Assembly (NCBI GenBank): GCA_002269645.1
Contig: NIVC01003584.1
Coordinates: 1 to 64,000, forward strand
Length of the DNA: 64,000 nucleotides
Source: Macrostomum lignano
Lineage: Eukaryota
Direction: 5' to 3'
In this document: one piece after another, positions 24,441 through 37,488 of the stretch
How the letters are laid out: each line of letters opens with the position of its first letter
Position numbering within the stretch: position 1 is the stretch's first letter
The notes under the pieces: generated by a model
Databases searched by the model: none
Told to the model about the DNA's origin: nothing
Seen by the model: the letters and a program-made list of their open reading frames with translations, nothing else
Position numbers and translations under genes: made by a program

Positions 24441-24974
24441 AATCTAAGAATGAAAGACAATACTTCCTATTCCCAATTCCGCACGCCTTAATTCCCCACA
24501 CCCGAATTCCCCAAACCCCGATTCCACAGCTCCGATTCCCTCGCCCTACCGGCCAACGCCTGCCTGTCCACCTCGAAGGGGTTGCCGGCCAGGGCGCCGC
24601 TGCCCAGCGGGCACATGGCGGTGCGGGCCCGGCAGTCGGCCAGTCTCTGGCAGTCCCTGCGCAGCATGGAGGCGTAGCTGAGCAGCCAATGGGACCAGCG
24701 CACCGGCTGGGTCCGCTGCAGGTGGGTGTAGCCCGGCATGAGCACGCCGGTCTCCGACTCCGCCCGGCTGACCAGGGTGTTGATGAGGCGGCGCAGCTGG
24801 GGCAGCAGCTCATCCGATAAGTAGTCCATGAGCCACAGGCGGATATCCGTGGCTACCTGAGCTCTGAGGGTTTTGGTAGAGACTGGTTGTGACATGTGCA
24901 GTGACTAGCGGCCCTCGCACCCCTTTTAACACCCCGAGTAGCCAGGACAATGATGGGGTCCGTCCCCCTACAAA

Positions 24975-25105
24975 TCACCTGGATAATGAGGGGTCAGTCC
25001 ACCTAAGCTACCTGGATAATGAGGGGTCAGTCACCCTAAGCTACCTGGATAATGGGGGGTCAGTCCCTCCTAAGCTACCTGGATTATGAGGGGTCAGTCC
25101 CAAAG
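24975..25105. repeat. About 32-bp minisatellite (GAGGGGTCAGTCCCCCTAAGCTACCTGGATAAT) in ASL intron 1
   Basis: Direct reading; longer array at 45432-45685. Confidence 0.9.
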
Positions 25106-25182
25106 CTACCTGCACATCAACGAGGCCAGCTCAGGCTGAGGGTGCCGCACCCTTCTCCCCAGCCCCACCTGGTCATTCCTGC

Positions 25183-25581
25183 CTTCCACGCCGTCCGTGG
25201 GAAAAGCAATCAGCGCGGCTATGACGGAACTAAGCAACCGCCCTTCGACCTCAGTGGGGCGTCACCAGCTACTTCAGTGGGACAATGGCTCCTCCCGTTG
25301 CTCAGGCCGCTGCCCGTGGACCCAGGCCTTGACCTGGGAACGACAAATGGTCCGCACCAGCACAGACCTTCCGGAGACACGCCGCCCGCCGAGCCAGACA
25401 GCCTCCATCGTGTCCTGCGCCTCCGCGGGGGTGGGTTAGACAACGACACCACAGGACGCAGACGCGGCAAACGCAGACTAAAACTGCGTCGCTCACTTAC
25501 CTGGGGCTCCAGAAAACGGCAACGCTCAGGGGATTTCTTTGTCCAGAGTGGCGATTGCCCCAAAAAAGGTGCCGCCTTTAT
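25183..25581 (+). mobile_element. Unassigned repeat fragment, possibly non-LTR ORF1-like, that replaced ASL exon 1
   Basis: Inverted paralog at 36945-37488 with the same junction to the ASL exon-1 remnant; low-complexity P/Q/A-rich coding potential. Confidence 0.35.
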
Positions 25582-27057
25582 GCCGGTTGCCCTGTGGAAT
25601 ATCACTAAAACTCAATCCTATCCTGTCGCTAGGATTGAAACCAACAGCTTCATAGCAACTTAATACTACTCAGTAGTAGCTTTAGAATGCTCCATTTTAG
25701 TATCAATAAATAAAGTGTATAAACTTTTCTTGATCACCTTATCGATGTCACTTGGCAAACTTTATGCTAGCTGCAATGACAATGCCCCATGGCTACGAAA
25801 AGAGAAGGCGGAAAGGAAAGGCGGAAGTGAAAGAAGACAAACGGAGAATGGAAGAAGAACAAGACAAAAGAGTAGACTAAAAACTGATCAAGATGGTCTT
25901 TGAGACACCTGGCTCTTGAAAATGGATGGCTGGATGCCAGGATAGCTAATGATGCAGGTTAGAGCATTCCATAATTTACAGTAAGTGGGAATGAAGCACC
26001 GCTTCCATTGCCAGTTCTAGACAAAGGAATCTGAAGGGAGAAGCCGTGCTGTTTGCTGCTACAGCGGAGACCAAAGTGTGACTGTGGAGCAAAAGGGGGC
26101 AGGTGCTGCTGAAGTTCGCTGGAGCCTCGACCCCGCAGAAGTCAATGAACAAAAGCAAATCCACCAACAGTTCAGCGAGCCCTAAGGCTATATAGAACCT
26201 CGAAGGAGTCACCAATGATCTTGGCAGCCTTCAGCTCGACACGGTCCAATAAAGTAAGATGGGGACTCGCTAGCAGATCAAACCGACCCGGGTGACAAAA
26301 AGTGGTCTAATTTTACCTTTATACTCGTAGGGTAGCCAAATGAGTTTAAGGAATAGGATGTTTAGCTCTAGCAATACAACCGAGCATAGAAGCTGCTTTT
26401 CTTTTTTGGGTTATAAGGTGCTCATACAATGTAAGTCAATTATTGTCAATTATGACACCAAGAAGTGTGACTTTATTAGAAATATTGAAGACTGAGTTTT
26501 CAAAAAACTGGTGGAAATCACAGAAATCCTTCCTGCTGCTAATGATTATTTACTCAAATTTATTAGAATCAAACTTGACATTCAAGTCAGAACCCCGTTT
26601 GAGAAATCTTTTGAAGGTCTGTGCTCAAATAAGATGCAACATCAGTTCTACAAATTTGTAAGGCCTAATTAGGTGGGTGGCAAAATTTAAAAGAGGCATG
26701 TAGAGTGGTATCATCTGAAGACTTTCTGAGCTTCAAGAAGGTGATTTATTAAAAGTAAGAATTTGAGGACCTAAGACAGATTCCTAAGAAACACCGGCAT
26801 TAATATCTCAATTTGGGAACAATTTTATCAAATTGAAACACATAATTTCCTGTTTGGTAAATAGGAAGAAAATCAAGAAATAAGGGGGCCAATTATATCC
26901 CATAAGATGGTAATTTGTCGATAAGGCCCCAATGCTACACCCGATCAAAGGCTTTACTGATGTCAAGACAAACTACATTAAGTTCATCCCGAACACACGT
27001 GTGTGAAGACAATGCAATCTGCCGCTGAAACTGCACAGCTGATTGGTGGCTCTTTAT
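25582..27057 (-). mobile_element. Degenerate CR1/L2/Jockey-type LINE RT fragment with a possible CTTTAT target-site duplication
   Basis: Remnants NAGVS*ESVLGPQ, DDTTL, LLGVIIDNN and YKGKIRP on the minus strand; absent from the inverted paralog; CTTTAT at 25576-25581 and 27052-27057. Confidence 0.65.
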
Positions 27058-27059
27058 AA

Positions 27060-27850
27060 CTCAGATAAGATGTGCTCAGTGCTGCTGGTAATGTGGAATC
27101 ATTGCCTGATCTCACCAAGAGTAACATTTCTGTCCAAAATCGTCTTCTAAAATCTTCTCCCAAGCCTGGACGCTAAAGTTGGTCAGGATCGCCGCCGTAG
27201 GGGGTGGGGAATACAAACGGAAAGGCAGCTCCAAGGCCAGCAATTGTCTGTTAGACAAATGGAGGACGAAGAAATTTAAATAAAGCCCTGGCTGTTCATC
27301 TCTTCATCGATCAGTTAAATGAGTGATTGATAGATAAAAATATGGCTGTTAGCTGACGGCCTAAAACCGAGTGACTCGCAGTAAACAGTTCGGCTCACTG
27401 CGAATGAATTATATTAAAATGAAATATGCCATTTTTGATGCAGCTAATGGCTTCTACCCGTGCCCAACAAAGCTGTAATGGCCCTGCTGCGTTCCGGTTA
27501 GTAAGGGACTCTCAGCTTAATCTGACTCACTGCATCGTATTGATTATTCACAGCCAAACCCATTAGAAATTTGTGCAAAACGAGAGCTGCATCTGAGCTT
27601 AGGCTGGCACTCAAAAGGCTGCACTTGGCTGCACACCTCAACAGGCTGGATTGCCGCGAGCTGTTGGGCTTTAAATTTTGACAGCGTCGCTCTGTCAGCG
27701 CTTTAGTGTCTTTGGTTAGTGAGTCGCAGTTAAGACCGAACCCGTGCTCAAAGCTGAAAAATTAAAGAAGTGTGGCGGCTACCTAATGACTTTCACTCGT
27801 AGTCTATGACACCACTTTTGCTTTTACGCACCGCGCTACTCTATTTAGCC
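27060..27850. repeat. About 790-bp duplicated spacer (inverted copy at 36140-36930)
   Basis: Near-identical reverse complement. Confidence 0.9.
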
Positions 27851-28279
27851 AACGGGCATAATCAAATATAAAACCAACCGTGTTCCTTAAGATTGGCCTT
27901 GCTCAGCAAGCCGCCAAAGAAGAATGAAACCATTGGCAATGCTTTCAGAGAAGAGATAATGTCTTATCATTGACATGTTCATTATTGGGAGGCAGGAGGA
28001 AGAGACAGAGCGGGATGGAGTGTACGTAAGCGATATCCCCTGGAAGGCAAAATGTCTGCATGCCCCATTAACGATCTGATCCTTGACTATTTGATAATAA
28101 ATCAGATCTATCTATAATGAAATGGAGACAGGCATGGAAGCATTGCGGTAAATGAGCAGATCGGCCAGATCCAAGTCTTGAAGATGCCCTGAGTCACTGA
28201 TGCCAAGTAATAGCGGCTGTTGAGAAATATCACCAACGATAATTGTCTTCACGCAAGTGAATTCTGCTAATGATACACT

Positions 28280-28439
<160 letters not shown>

Positions 28440-28777
28440 ACTAATGGGCCTAAAGAGGTGGCTTTAGTCTGTCTTATTCATTACGGCCGCCAGTTGCTTC
28501 TCATCTTTTTAGTCACGGAGGGCTGTGGGTTAAAACTCAAATTCATTTATTGACGCAGACACACAATAGGCTAATGGCTTCGTCTCTGTGATCAGCTGCT
28601 GCAGCCTCGATGCGACAACGACAGAAAGCAAATCGAAACTCTCAACGGTCTCCAAGCTCACTGATTCTGGCTAAGGGCGCAGCGAGTTAATGCATGGAGC
28701 TAATGGATTTCAATCCGGCTCACGCCGCGCTGACAGCTCTGTTTACCGATAGACAAGCGGCTGCCTGCTGATCGAGA

Positions 28778-28791
28778 GTCTCCATGGCAAC
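28778..28791 (+). promoter_or_regulatory. X-box-like motif upstream of copy D
   Basis: GTCTCCATGGCAAC, about 92 bp before the ATG at 28883. Confidence 0.5.
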
Positions 28792-28882
28792 GCATCAAAA
28801 GGCTGCTGTTATTTAGCCTCTCTCTCGCACAGAGATTCGGCAATCTTCTGCTTAATGCCGCACTGACAAACCCAGCCTGGCC

Positions 28883-29716
28883 ATGCCTCTCTGCAGGATT
28901 CTCTGTACTGCTCCGATCCTGAGCTGCCTGATCTGCGCCGCTCTCTGCCGCCAGTTCCAGATCTCGGACCTCGGCTGCTTCGTTGACGGCGCGAATGGCG
29001 TGAGAGACGTCGTTGACATGAAGCACATTGGCCTCATACGGATCGGAAGCTCCGAGGTATCTCCGATAAACGATGCCAGTGGCGCTTTTGTCGGCAGCTA
29101 CTCGATAATGACTCACGAGCTGTGCAGCAGCGTCTGCGCTCTGGGCGGCTTCCAGTTCGCGGCTCTGCAGGCCATATACTGGTGCTTCTGCGGCAACTCC
29201 TACGGGTCGCAGGGCGCTGCTCCCGACTCGGACTGCTTTCTTGCCTGCAGTGGAAACTCGGGCCAGAACTGCGGAGGCAACTGGCGAAACCGGGTGCTCC
29301 AGCTGAGCTACACCAACGGTGAGTTGCTGCTGCTGGTGGCCACTTGTTTAGCATCTGTTCTCCATATGTTGCTGCATTGTATTTTTGCTATTAAACTAAG
29401 TTTGAAGCAGTAACTCAAACATTATTAAGTGGCGAACTGTTTCACGTCAAATTATTCATTTCGAATCGAAGGTAACAACTTCTTCGTCGGCGGCAACCGG
29501 ACCTTCGTCGAACTCAACATCCCTGATGCGCCGAACTTTACGACTGTGAGCGCTTCAAGTCGGGTCCATTGCGCGTATCTGTGTGCTAGTAAAGATTCCG
29601 GTTGCCAGGCGGTGATCTTCAGCCAGCAGCAGCGCCTGTGCCACCTGCTGGAGTTTGCTGCGGTCCCGGCCGCCTTCAGCAGCGAAAGCAGCGGCGACTT
29701 CTTCGTCCGTGGCTGA
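28883..29716 (+). CDS. Secreted WSC-PAN protein, copy D (exons 28883-29318, 29472-29716)
   Basis: AAC G|GTGAGT...GAAG|GT AAC gives YTNGNNFF in frame; 153-bp intron. Confidence 0.85.
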
Positions 29717-30240
29717 GTGCAAATAAAGCAGACGTTGATGCAGTCGAGCAGAGCAGACGAATTGTAAAAAAATGCAATTTCGTGTTAGATCAAGACGCAC
29801 AATTTTAAATCATGGCTCAGATTTTTTTATTCCAAAATTCAATACCTTCTATCTATTTTAAATCGCAGCGTTTCAATGCACTTTTCTTGATAGCCTTTGA
29901 GAATACTCTTCTGTTCGTAGGACATTCGGTTTCCGCTTTTGAGCTGTTAATTGCGGTTGATAGGAAAAGAGTAGCTGTTTGTGAGTGTCACCGTTTTTTT
30001 ATAATCTCTTCAAAAAGAGTAAGTCTACCAGAGAAATTTAATGTGTCATTCATTTTATATTGCCTTTTGCTTTCCTCCCAAACAGCAGCAAGTGTCATTT
30101 GTACACGCTTCTCCTGCATATGCGATACATTTTTTGTGCATATGATTTAATCAGCAATGACATCTGTCAACCCTTGTTTCGATTCGGACTAGCAGCTAAG
30201 GGCATCTTCAAGAACAACATCTTGCAGATTCGTTTGATTG

Positions 30241-30945
30241 TGTTGTGTTACTACACGTGATCGAACAGCTCCCTAAGATTGTTCTGCAGCGAACGAGCCT
30301 GGAAATGGCGTCAGCACACTGACCGGACTGACTCCGCTACTGAGCGTGAGATCGCGTCAAGGTAAGGCAGTCAGTCCGTCCCTAGAGCGTACGGTACCCA
30401 CTTTGCTCGAGACCCAAATGATTAATGAACACAGACGCGAGTCTTACTTTGACTTCCAATCGGCACGGCCGTAAGCAAGGCAGCGAGTTCGTCAATTAGT
30501 AGTATTGAGATTCCGATATTGCAGTTTATTGATTCTGTAGAGTCTAGTGTCAGGTGTCAACGGGCCACGCTCACCCTGCCCACCGCCAGCAATTCTCTAT
30601 TTATTAAGGCTGCCTGGCGTAAGCCCTAGGGTCTCACGCCAGACAGCATTATCAACAACTAACTTGTTGGCCAATCACCAATTGACAAGGGACACGGGAA
30701 TTGACAAGTGCTAACAAAAAGGGGGAGAGAGGGGCCAGGCCAGCCAATCCGGCTGGGTACGCATAATAAGAGAAGGGGCAGAGAATAAGGGTTGATACAC
30801 AACTGGGGGGGGGTTGACGCAGACAGAATGGGGGGGGGGTTTGGCGCAGGCACGCGGCCAGGGGGGGGGGTGGGAGTGCAGTGCCGGGCACACTTGACCG
30901 AGAGCCAGAGATTGCTCATCGGTGCAAGTGCACCCGGGCACAACA
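30241..30945 (-). repeat. 3' LTR of a Gypsy-like element
   Basis: 7-bp inverted termini TGTTGTG...CACAACA; polypurine tract GGTGGGGGAGGG immediately upstream on the minus strand (from 30946); AATAAA motifs inside. Confidence 0.75.
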
Positions 30946-32800
30946 CCCTCCCCCACCACAAAAAAGAGTGTTCATACAATAGACTAAAAGTTAAAGCGCA
31001 TAAAAGTCTCGCACTCCCGACATCAGTTGGGCCGGCAGGGTCTTGTCGCCGCGCTCCGCTGCCAGCCAAGTTGCCACTTCGCGAACCTCCGTAGGTTTTC
31101 CCGGGTTTCCCGCGAACGGTGCTGATGATGCCAGCAGGAGCCGCTCCGAGAGCAGGACAGCGATGCGTCGCGCATGCCATCGGCTGTGTACCAGCCGAGC
31201 GGTGACCTCGAACTTGAGGCCCGGTAACGTAGCCAGGTACAACCATTGAGAGTCTCCGGGCCAGTCCGACGACTCGGTGACCAGAATGCGACCTTTCACG
31301 AAGCCATTGTCGCCGAGAAGTTGCACGAATTTGTCCTAGACCGACACACCCTGCTCGCCTGAAACCCGGCGCCGTTCCCACAGCCGCACCAACAGAGGCA
31401 GTTCTCGCTCCCTGGAGAGTTGCACTTGCAACACAACCGCTGCTTTTTGTTGCTCTCAGTCCAGTGCCGCATTTTGCCCATCCAACTCGGCTTTCCCAAC
31501 CGCGATCGCCCGCGGCCACCCAGCAGCCGTCGGAGATCGGCTTCTATCGCAGGTAGGAGTGGCGCGGCCGCTGCCCTTAGGCCGAGTGCAAAAGGATTCG
31601 GGCGTCCCCGATGAGTTGGGCGGTTGCAGCATTTGACGGACACAGGCAGTACGGCGAATTCACCACAGCAACACAGGCTTCTGGGACGCGGTCTTTTCCA
31701 CTCGCAGCAGGTCATAACGATCCGATATTGCAATTGCCAGCCGACTCAGCACAGGGTCTCCAGAGTAACTCTGCCACTAACTAACGCGTACAGTAACCAG
31801 CTATTTGTATTGTTTACCCATACGGTACCCAGCAGTTCCGAGCGCACTTGAGAACTCTCACATAGCACATGTTTCTGGCGATTTTTATTCATTTTTATTA
31901 TTTTTATTTGACTCAAAGCCCTGAGTGGGCAGCTCAGGTGCCCAGCCCAATTAGTACAATATTGGGCTACCGAACCGTCGAGGCAGGACACCCCTATTAG
32001 CACGAGCTGGGCGCCCTTGGTGTACCAGAGGAGGTTCAGCCTGACCTTCCGGGTGGGTCACTCTTCGAGCCCAAATGGCATCCGGTTCGTCATCATCATA
32101 CACAGCCGTCTGCTCAAGATCGGGCATCGTCGGCAACGGGGGGTCGGGTGGTGCCCGGCGGGAGTGTCGCTCGGGGTCCCTGACCCTACCCTCTGCACGA
32201 CGTTTTTCCCGAGCCGGCGGACGCCGTTGTCTGGAGTTTGCGTCGACTTTCCTTAAGTTATTGTAATGTACAACTCTCGGCCTACGAGCCCCTTCGTGCA
32301 TTATTTTGAAATTGACATCGGAATTTCGTTCGGTTTTATCGCCGGATCTCTTCAGTCTTCAGTTCGCCGCCTTTCCGATCGTCACGGACAAAATTCTGCA
32401 GCAGCACCTTGTCACCGACTTTAAAGCTGAGGCTGCTGGCAGATGCGTGTTTCTGAACGTAATCTTACACAAATTTTGTCCTGCCATCCCTGCGAAATCG
32501 CCCCTGCAGCTTCGATGGGGTGGACTTTATCCCCTGATGAGCTCCTCCAGTCGCAGAGGTGTGCTATTTTTGGATCAATCAACAGATATTTTTGATCTTC
32601 CGCCTCCAGGCGACGCTCCGTTGACAAATGGCGCTTCTTCTGAAATCTTAGAACAGCTGCTGGCCCTCGTACCTCAAGTTGCGCTCCTTTGTTGTTGTCC
32701 GTACGTTAAAGACGCAAGGATGTCGTTCGTATGCGCCACTAAGCAAGTAAAGTTTTATATCGGAATACGCGACAGACATACTTATGTCTGTCCAGTGTAG
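30241..32800 (-). mobile_element. Gypsy/Ty3 remnant: integrase C-terminal fragments, extra decayed ORF, PPT and LTR
   Basis: SFKVGDKVLLQN...RKGGELK and SDVNFKI...RVVHYNNLR...RPARANRGVLPRRF motifs at about 31951-32440. Confidence 0.7.
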
Positions 32801-34754
32801 TCGATATGTTTAAACTTGCAGTTATTTATTGGCAACGTGTTACGTAACAAAATGTACAATTGTACATATACTGTCTAGATTTAGATGTACCGAAAGTCAG
32901 AGAACTTCGAAAGTTTGTTAACAGACTTGCGGACAAGAATGCGCGGCTATAAGAGATTCGGCAGTGTTCATTTAGGTGATATCAGATCACGGCTTGACAG
33001 GTTCTTAATCTCGTAAATCCCAGAGAGAAATCAGCCTAGGAGTGCGCTTGGCATGACTGAAATGTCGTGCCGTATTCAATCCGCGCCCAGATAAAATAAC
33101 GCATCCAAAGTTATTCAGCCAAATACTTTTCTGCCTAGGATAATGGTTGGCATAACACCGGGGAGGCCGACCCAAAAAAGGGGTAGAAGGACAAAAAAAC
33201 TAGAGTAGATTGCACTACATTAGCAACAGGCGGTCTTAAAAGTCAGAGAGAGAGAGAAAAGGAAATTAAATCGAGGTGCTGACAAGAGAAACCTAAGAAT
33301 GGAGAAATCAGCACTTGGCGGCTAGACTCGCATTGGCAATTTTAGCAGACAACAAACTCTAATGGGTACGCGCAGTCTAGTCTTGAGCTAGTATATTTAT
33401 TGATTCTTAGTTTATTAGAACGCGGGGTTGACAAGGTCTTAGCGGGGGGGAGTTGTACGTGTGCATGACTTGCTATGTACTCGTACGTTAACCAATCAGA
33501 ATGGGGGAGGTGAGAAAGGTGGCGTTAGGCGCGGACGGGGGGCAGGCGCAACAGGCGAATCACGAGTAATAGTACAGACGTGCAATAAAATAAACAAATT
33601 TTCTCTTCAAACCACGAGGCGAGGCAGGTAATATTTAAAAGTAATAAAAACTGGACCTCTTTGCGCGCCACCCTCACTGAGAGGCCTAAAATATCGATCG
33701 AGCAACTATTATACTGTACAAACCGCTCTAAATACACACATCAATGACAAAATTAAAACGGCCCAATTGGGGGCTAACACACGAAAAATTAGAGGGAAAA
33801 AAGAAAATGATACGATTAATTGTCAGTGTATGTTAATAAATCTGACCTCTCCGTCGCAGAGCTAAAAGGCCCAAAAACTAAGAACCCGGCCGACCAGACC
33901 GCCAACTTAATCCACGAGTCCTAGAGGCAGGTCAGGAACGCCAAAACGAACAACTCGCGCAATTACCATACCGTGAGGAACTCGAGAGCTCCTGACTAAA
34001 CTGAATGACTAAAAACTTTCATTACTATGACCTGAGAAGTTATTGAAATAAAAGTTGCTTCAAAGAAGTCAATGAAAAGTTGTTACGAGCGTATCAGAGA
34101 AAGAACCAAAAACTCGAGTTCGAATATCTCTCTTTGCTAATTAAATTTCACCAGTTCGAACCAAGCAATCAAATCGAACCAAAAGGTACATTCAAAGGTG
34201 AGTAAGTCGGGCTTCAAAAGAATGTGTGCCCTTAGCAAACAACTGAAGGTGTGCAGAATACGCCGGCCAGCCGTGTATGTCCGAATAGCAGGAAACTTGA
34301 GTCTCAGAAAAATTACAAAGCTGCTGTTTAGGAGTGAGGCAGAAGGCAATAAATAACCATAACACCTCAATTCTCTCTGGCTGACTTCCGCCTGAACAGA
34401 GATTATAAAATATCTGATTGCAGACACAGCAACTACTCCTTTTTAATTAACAGAGCAAAAGCAGAAATCGAGTGTCTTGCGCACAGACGCGCATTCGCAG
34501 AGTATCAAGGAAAGTACCAGCATTGAAACATTTTAGTAAGAATATAAAGTTGTTAAATTTCGGCACGAGAAAGGCTGGAGCAAAAATAGTTTCGCTTAAA
34601 TTTCAGTCAGTGGATTTCAGAGGCGGTTAGTACTTCTAGTCTTTGAGTAAGCTTAGGTATGCTTGCTAGTTGACATTGTTCGTCTTGATCTAAATTGCGC
34701 TTCTTACAGCTCGTCCGCTCTGCTCAGCTGCACCAGCACCTGCTTCATTCGCAC

Positions 34755-35584
34755 TCAGCCACGGACAAAGAAGACGCCGCTGCTTTTGCTGCTGAAGGCG
34801 GCCGGGACCGCAGCATACTCCAGCAGGTGGCACAGGCGCTGCTGCTGGCTGAAGATCACCGCCTGACAACCGGAATCTTTACTAGCGCACAGATACGCGC
34901 AATGGAGCTGACTTAAAGCGCTCACAGTCGTAAAGTTCGGCGCATCAGGGATGTTGAGTTCGACGAAGGTCCGGTTGCCGCTGACGAAGAAGTTGTTACC
35001 TTCGATTCGAAATGAATAATTTGACATGAAACAGTTCGCCACTTAATAATGTTTGAGTTACTGCTTCAAACTCAGTTCAAACTTAGTTTAGTGGCCCAAA
35101 TCCAATGCAGCAACATATGGAGAACAGATGTTAAACAAGTGGCCACCAGCAGCAGCAACTCACCGTTGGTGTAGCTCAGCTGGAGCACCCGGTTTCGCCA
35201 GCTGCCTCCGCAGTTCTGGCCCCCGTTTCCACTGCAGGCATAGTTGCACTCCCAGTAAGGAGCAGCGCCCTGCGACCCGTAGGAGTTGCCGCAGAAGCAC
35301 CAGTATGAGGCCTGCAGAGCCGCGAACTGGAAGCCGCCAAGAGCGCAGACGCTGCTGCACACCTCGCGAGTCATCTGGACGCAATGGATAGCATAGTCTA
35401 TCTGTGATACCTCCGAGCTGCCGATCCGTGTGAGGCCAATGTTCTTCATGTCAACGACGTCTCTCACGCCATTCGCGCCGTCAACGAAGCAGCCGACGTC
35501 CGAGGTCTGGAACTGGCGGCAGAGAGAGGCGCAGATCAGGCAGCTCAGGATCGGAGCAGTACAGAGAATCCTGCAGAGAGGCAT
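34755..35584 (-). CDS. Secreted WSC-PAN protein, copy E (exons 35584-35164, 34999-34755)
   Basis: Same structure; 164-bp intron; in-frame join. Confidence 0.85.
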
Positions 35585-35676
35585 GGCCAGGCTGGGTTTG
35601 TCAGTGCGGCATTAAGCAGAAGATTGCCGAATCTCTGTGCGAGAGAGAGGCTAAATAACAGCAGCCTTATTGATGC

Positions 35677-35690
35677 GTTGCCATGGAGAC
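35677..35690 (-). promoter_or_regulatory. X-box-like motif upstream of copy E
   Basis: GTTGCCATGGAGAC on the plus strand. Confidence 0.5.
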
Positions 35691-36072
35691 TCTCGATCAG
35701 CAGGCAGCCGCTTGCCTATCGGTAAACAGAGCTGTCAGCGCGGCGTGAGCCGGATTGAAATCCATTAGCTCCATGCATTAACTCGCTGTGCCCTTAGCCA
35801 GAATCAGTGAGCTTGGAGACCGTTGAGAGTTTCGATTTGCTTTCTGTCGTTGTCGCATCGAGACTGCGGCAGCTGATCACTGCTGCATGAGCACCCATAG
35901 ATATCTGTTTTCAGCTGCACAGGTGGCGACGAAGCCATTAGCCTACCGTGTGTCTGCGTCAATAAATGAATTTGAGTTTTAACCCACAGCCCTCCGTGAC
36001 TAAAAAGATGAGAAGCAACTGGCGGCCGTAATGAATAAGACAGACTGAAGCCACCTCTTTGGGCCCATTAGT

Positions 36073-36140
36073 TATCTATCTATCCATCTATCCATCTATC
36101 TATCTATCTATCCATCTATCTATATATCTATCTATCTATC
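36073..36140. repeat. (TATC)n microsatellite
   Basis: Direct reading. Confidence 0.95.
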
Positions 36141-37488
36141 GTTGGCTAAATAGAGTAGCGCGGTGCGTAAAAGCAAAAGTGGTGTCATAGACTACGAGTG
36201 AAAGTCATTAGGTAGCCGCCACACTTCTTTAATTTTTCAGCTTTGAGCACGGGTTCGGTCTTAACTGCGACTCACTAACCAAAGACACTAAAGCGCTGAC
36301 AGAGCGACGCTGTCAAAATTTAAAGCCCAACAGCTCGCGGCAATCCAGCCTGTTGAGGTGTGCAGCCAAGTACAGCCTTTTGAGTGCCAGCCTAAGCTCA
36401 GATGCAGCTCTCGTTTTGCACAAATTTCTAATGGGTTTGGCTGTGAATAATCAATACGATGCAGTGAGTCAGATTAAGCTGAGAGTCCCTTACTAACCGG
36501 AACGCAGCAGGACCATTACAGCTTGGTTGGGCACGGGTAGAAGCCATTAGCTGCATCAAAAATGGCATATTTCATTTTAATATAATTCATTCGCAGTGAG
36601 CCGAACTGTTTACTGCGAGTCACTCGGTTTTAGGCCGTCAGATAACAGCCATATTTTTATCTATCAATCACTCATTTAACTGATCGATTAAGAGATGAAC
36701 AGCCAGGGCTTTATTTAAATTTCTTCGTCCTCCATTTGTCTAACAGACAATTGCTGGCCTTGGAGCTGCCTTTCCGTTTGTATTCCTCACCCCCGACGGC
36801 GGCGATCCTGACCAACTTTAGCGTCCAAGCTTGGGAGAAGATTTTAGAAGACGATTTTGGACAGAAATGTTACCCTTGGTGAGATCAGGCAATGATTCCA
36901 CATTACCAGCAGCACTGAGCACATCTTATCTTATCTTATCGCTGATTGATAAAGGCGGCACCTTTTTTGGGGCAATCGCCACTCTGGACAAAGAAATCCC
37001 CTGAGCGTTGCCGTTTTCTGGAGCCCCAGGTTAGTGAGCGACGCAGTTTTAGTCTGCGTTTGCTGCGTCTGCGTCCTGTGGTGTCGTTGTCTAACCCACC
37101 CCCGCGGAGGCGCAGGACACGATGGAGGCTGTCTGGCTCGTGCTGGTGCGGACCATTTGTCGTTCCCAGGTCGAGGCCTGGGTCCACGGGCCCCCCGGGG
37201 CTCCGACTGGTTGCTCATGTCAGTTGGAGTCCCTCCTTGGATAGTGTCCGCAAGCTCCGTTGCATAAGCTGCTGGTGCTGCTGCATCATCGCGGTCATGA
37301 AGTCGAGGAGGGCGTTAACATCAATGCTAGGTGTAGCAGAAGAGGCGGCAGAAATCGGTGCAGCGGCCTGAGCAACGGGAGGAGCCATTGTCCCGGTTTA
37401 AGTAGCTGGTGACGCCCCACTGAGGTCGAAAGGCGGTTGCTTAGTTCCGTCATAGCCGCTCTGATTGCTTTTCCCCACGGACGGCGTG

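Larger units (their letters stand above)
19554..25182 (-). pseudogene. ASL: Argininosuccinate lyase pseudogene, copy 2 (exon 1 reduced to about 14 nt; exons 24856-24550, 23764-23184, 19698-19554)
   Basis: Near-identical to the intact copy. A 20-bp deletion between CCGTC direct repeats near 23375 frameshifts exon 3 (581 vs 601 nt); BEL element in the last intron. Confidence 0.92.

Noticed and set aside
27851-28279. Insert next to (GATA)n as a recognisable transposon gene
   Set aside because: All frames are interrupted and no motif was recognisable.
33160-33790. Possible second solo LTR
   Set aside because: AATAAA/TATA-like words are present, but I could not define TG...CA termini, a PPT or a PBS.
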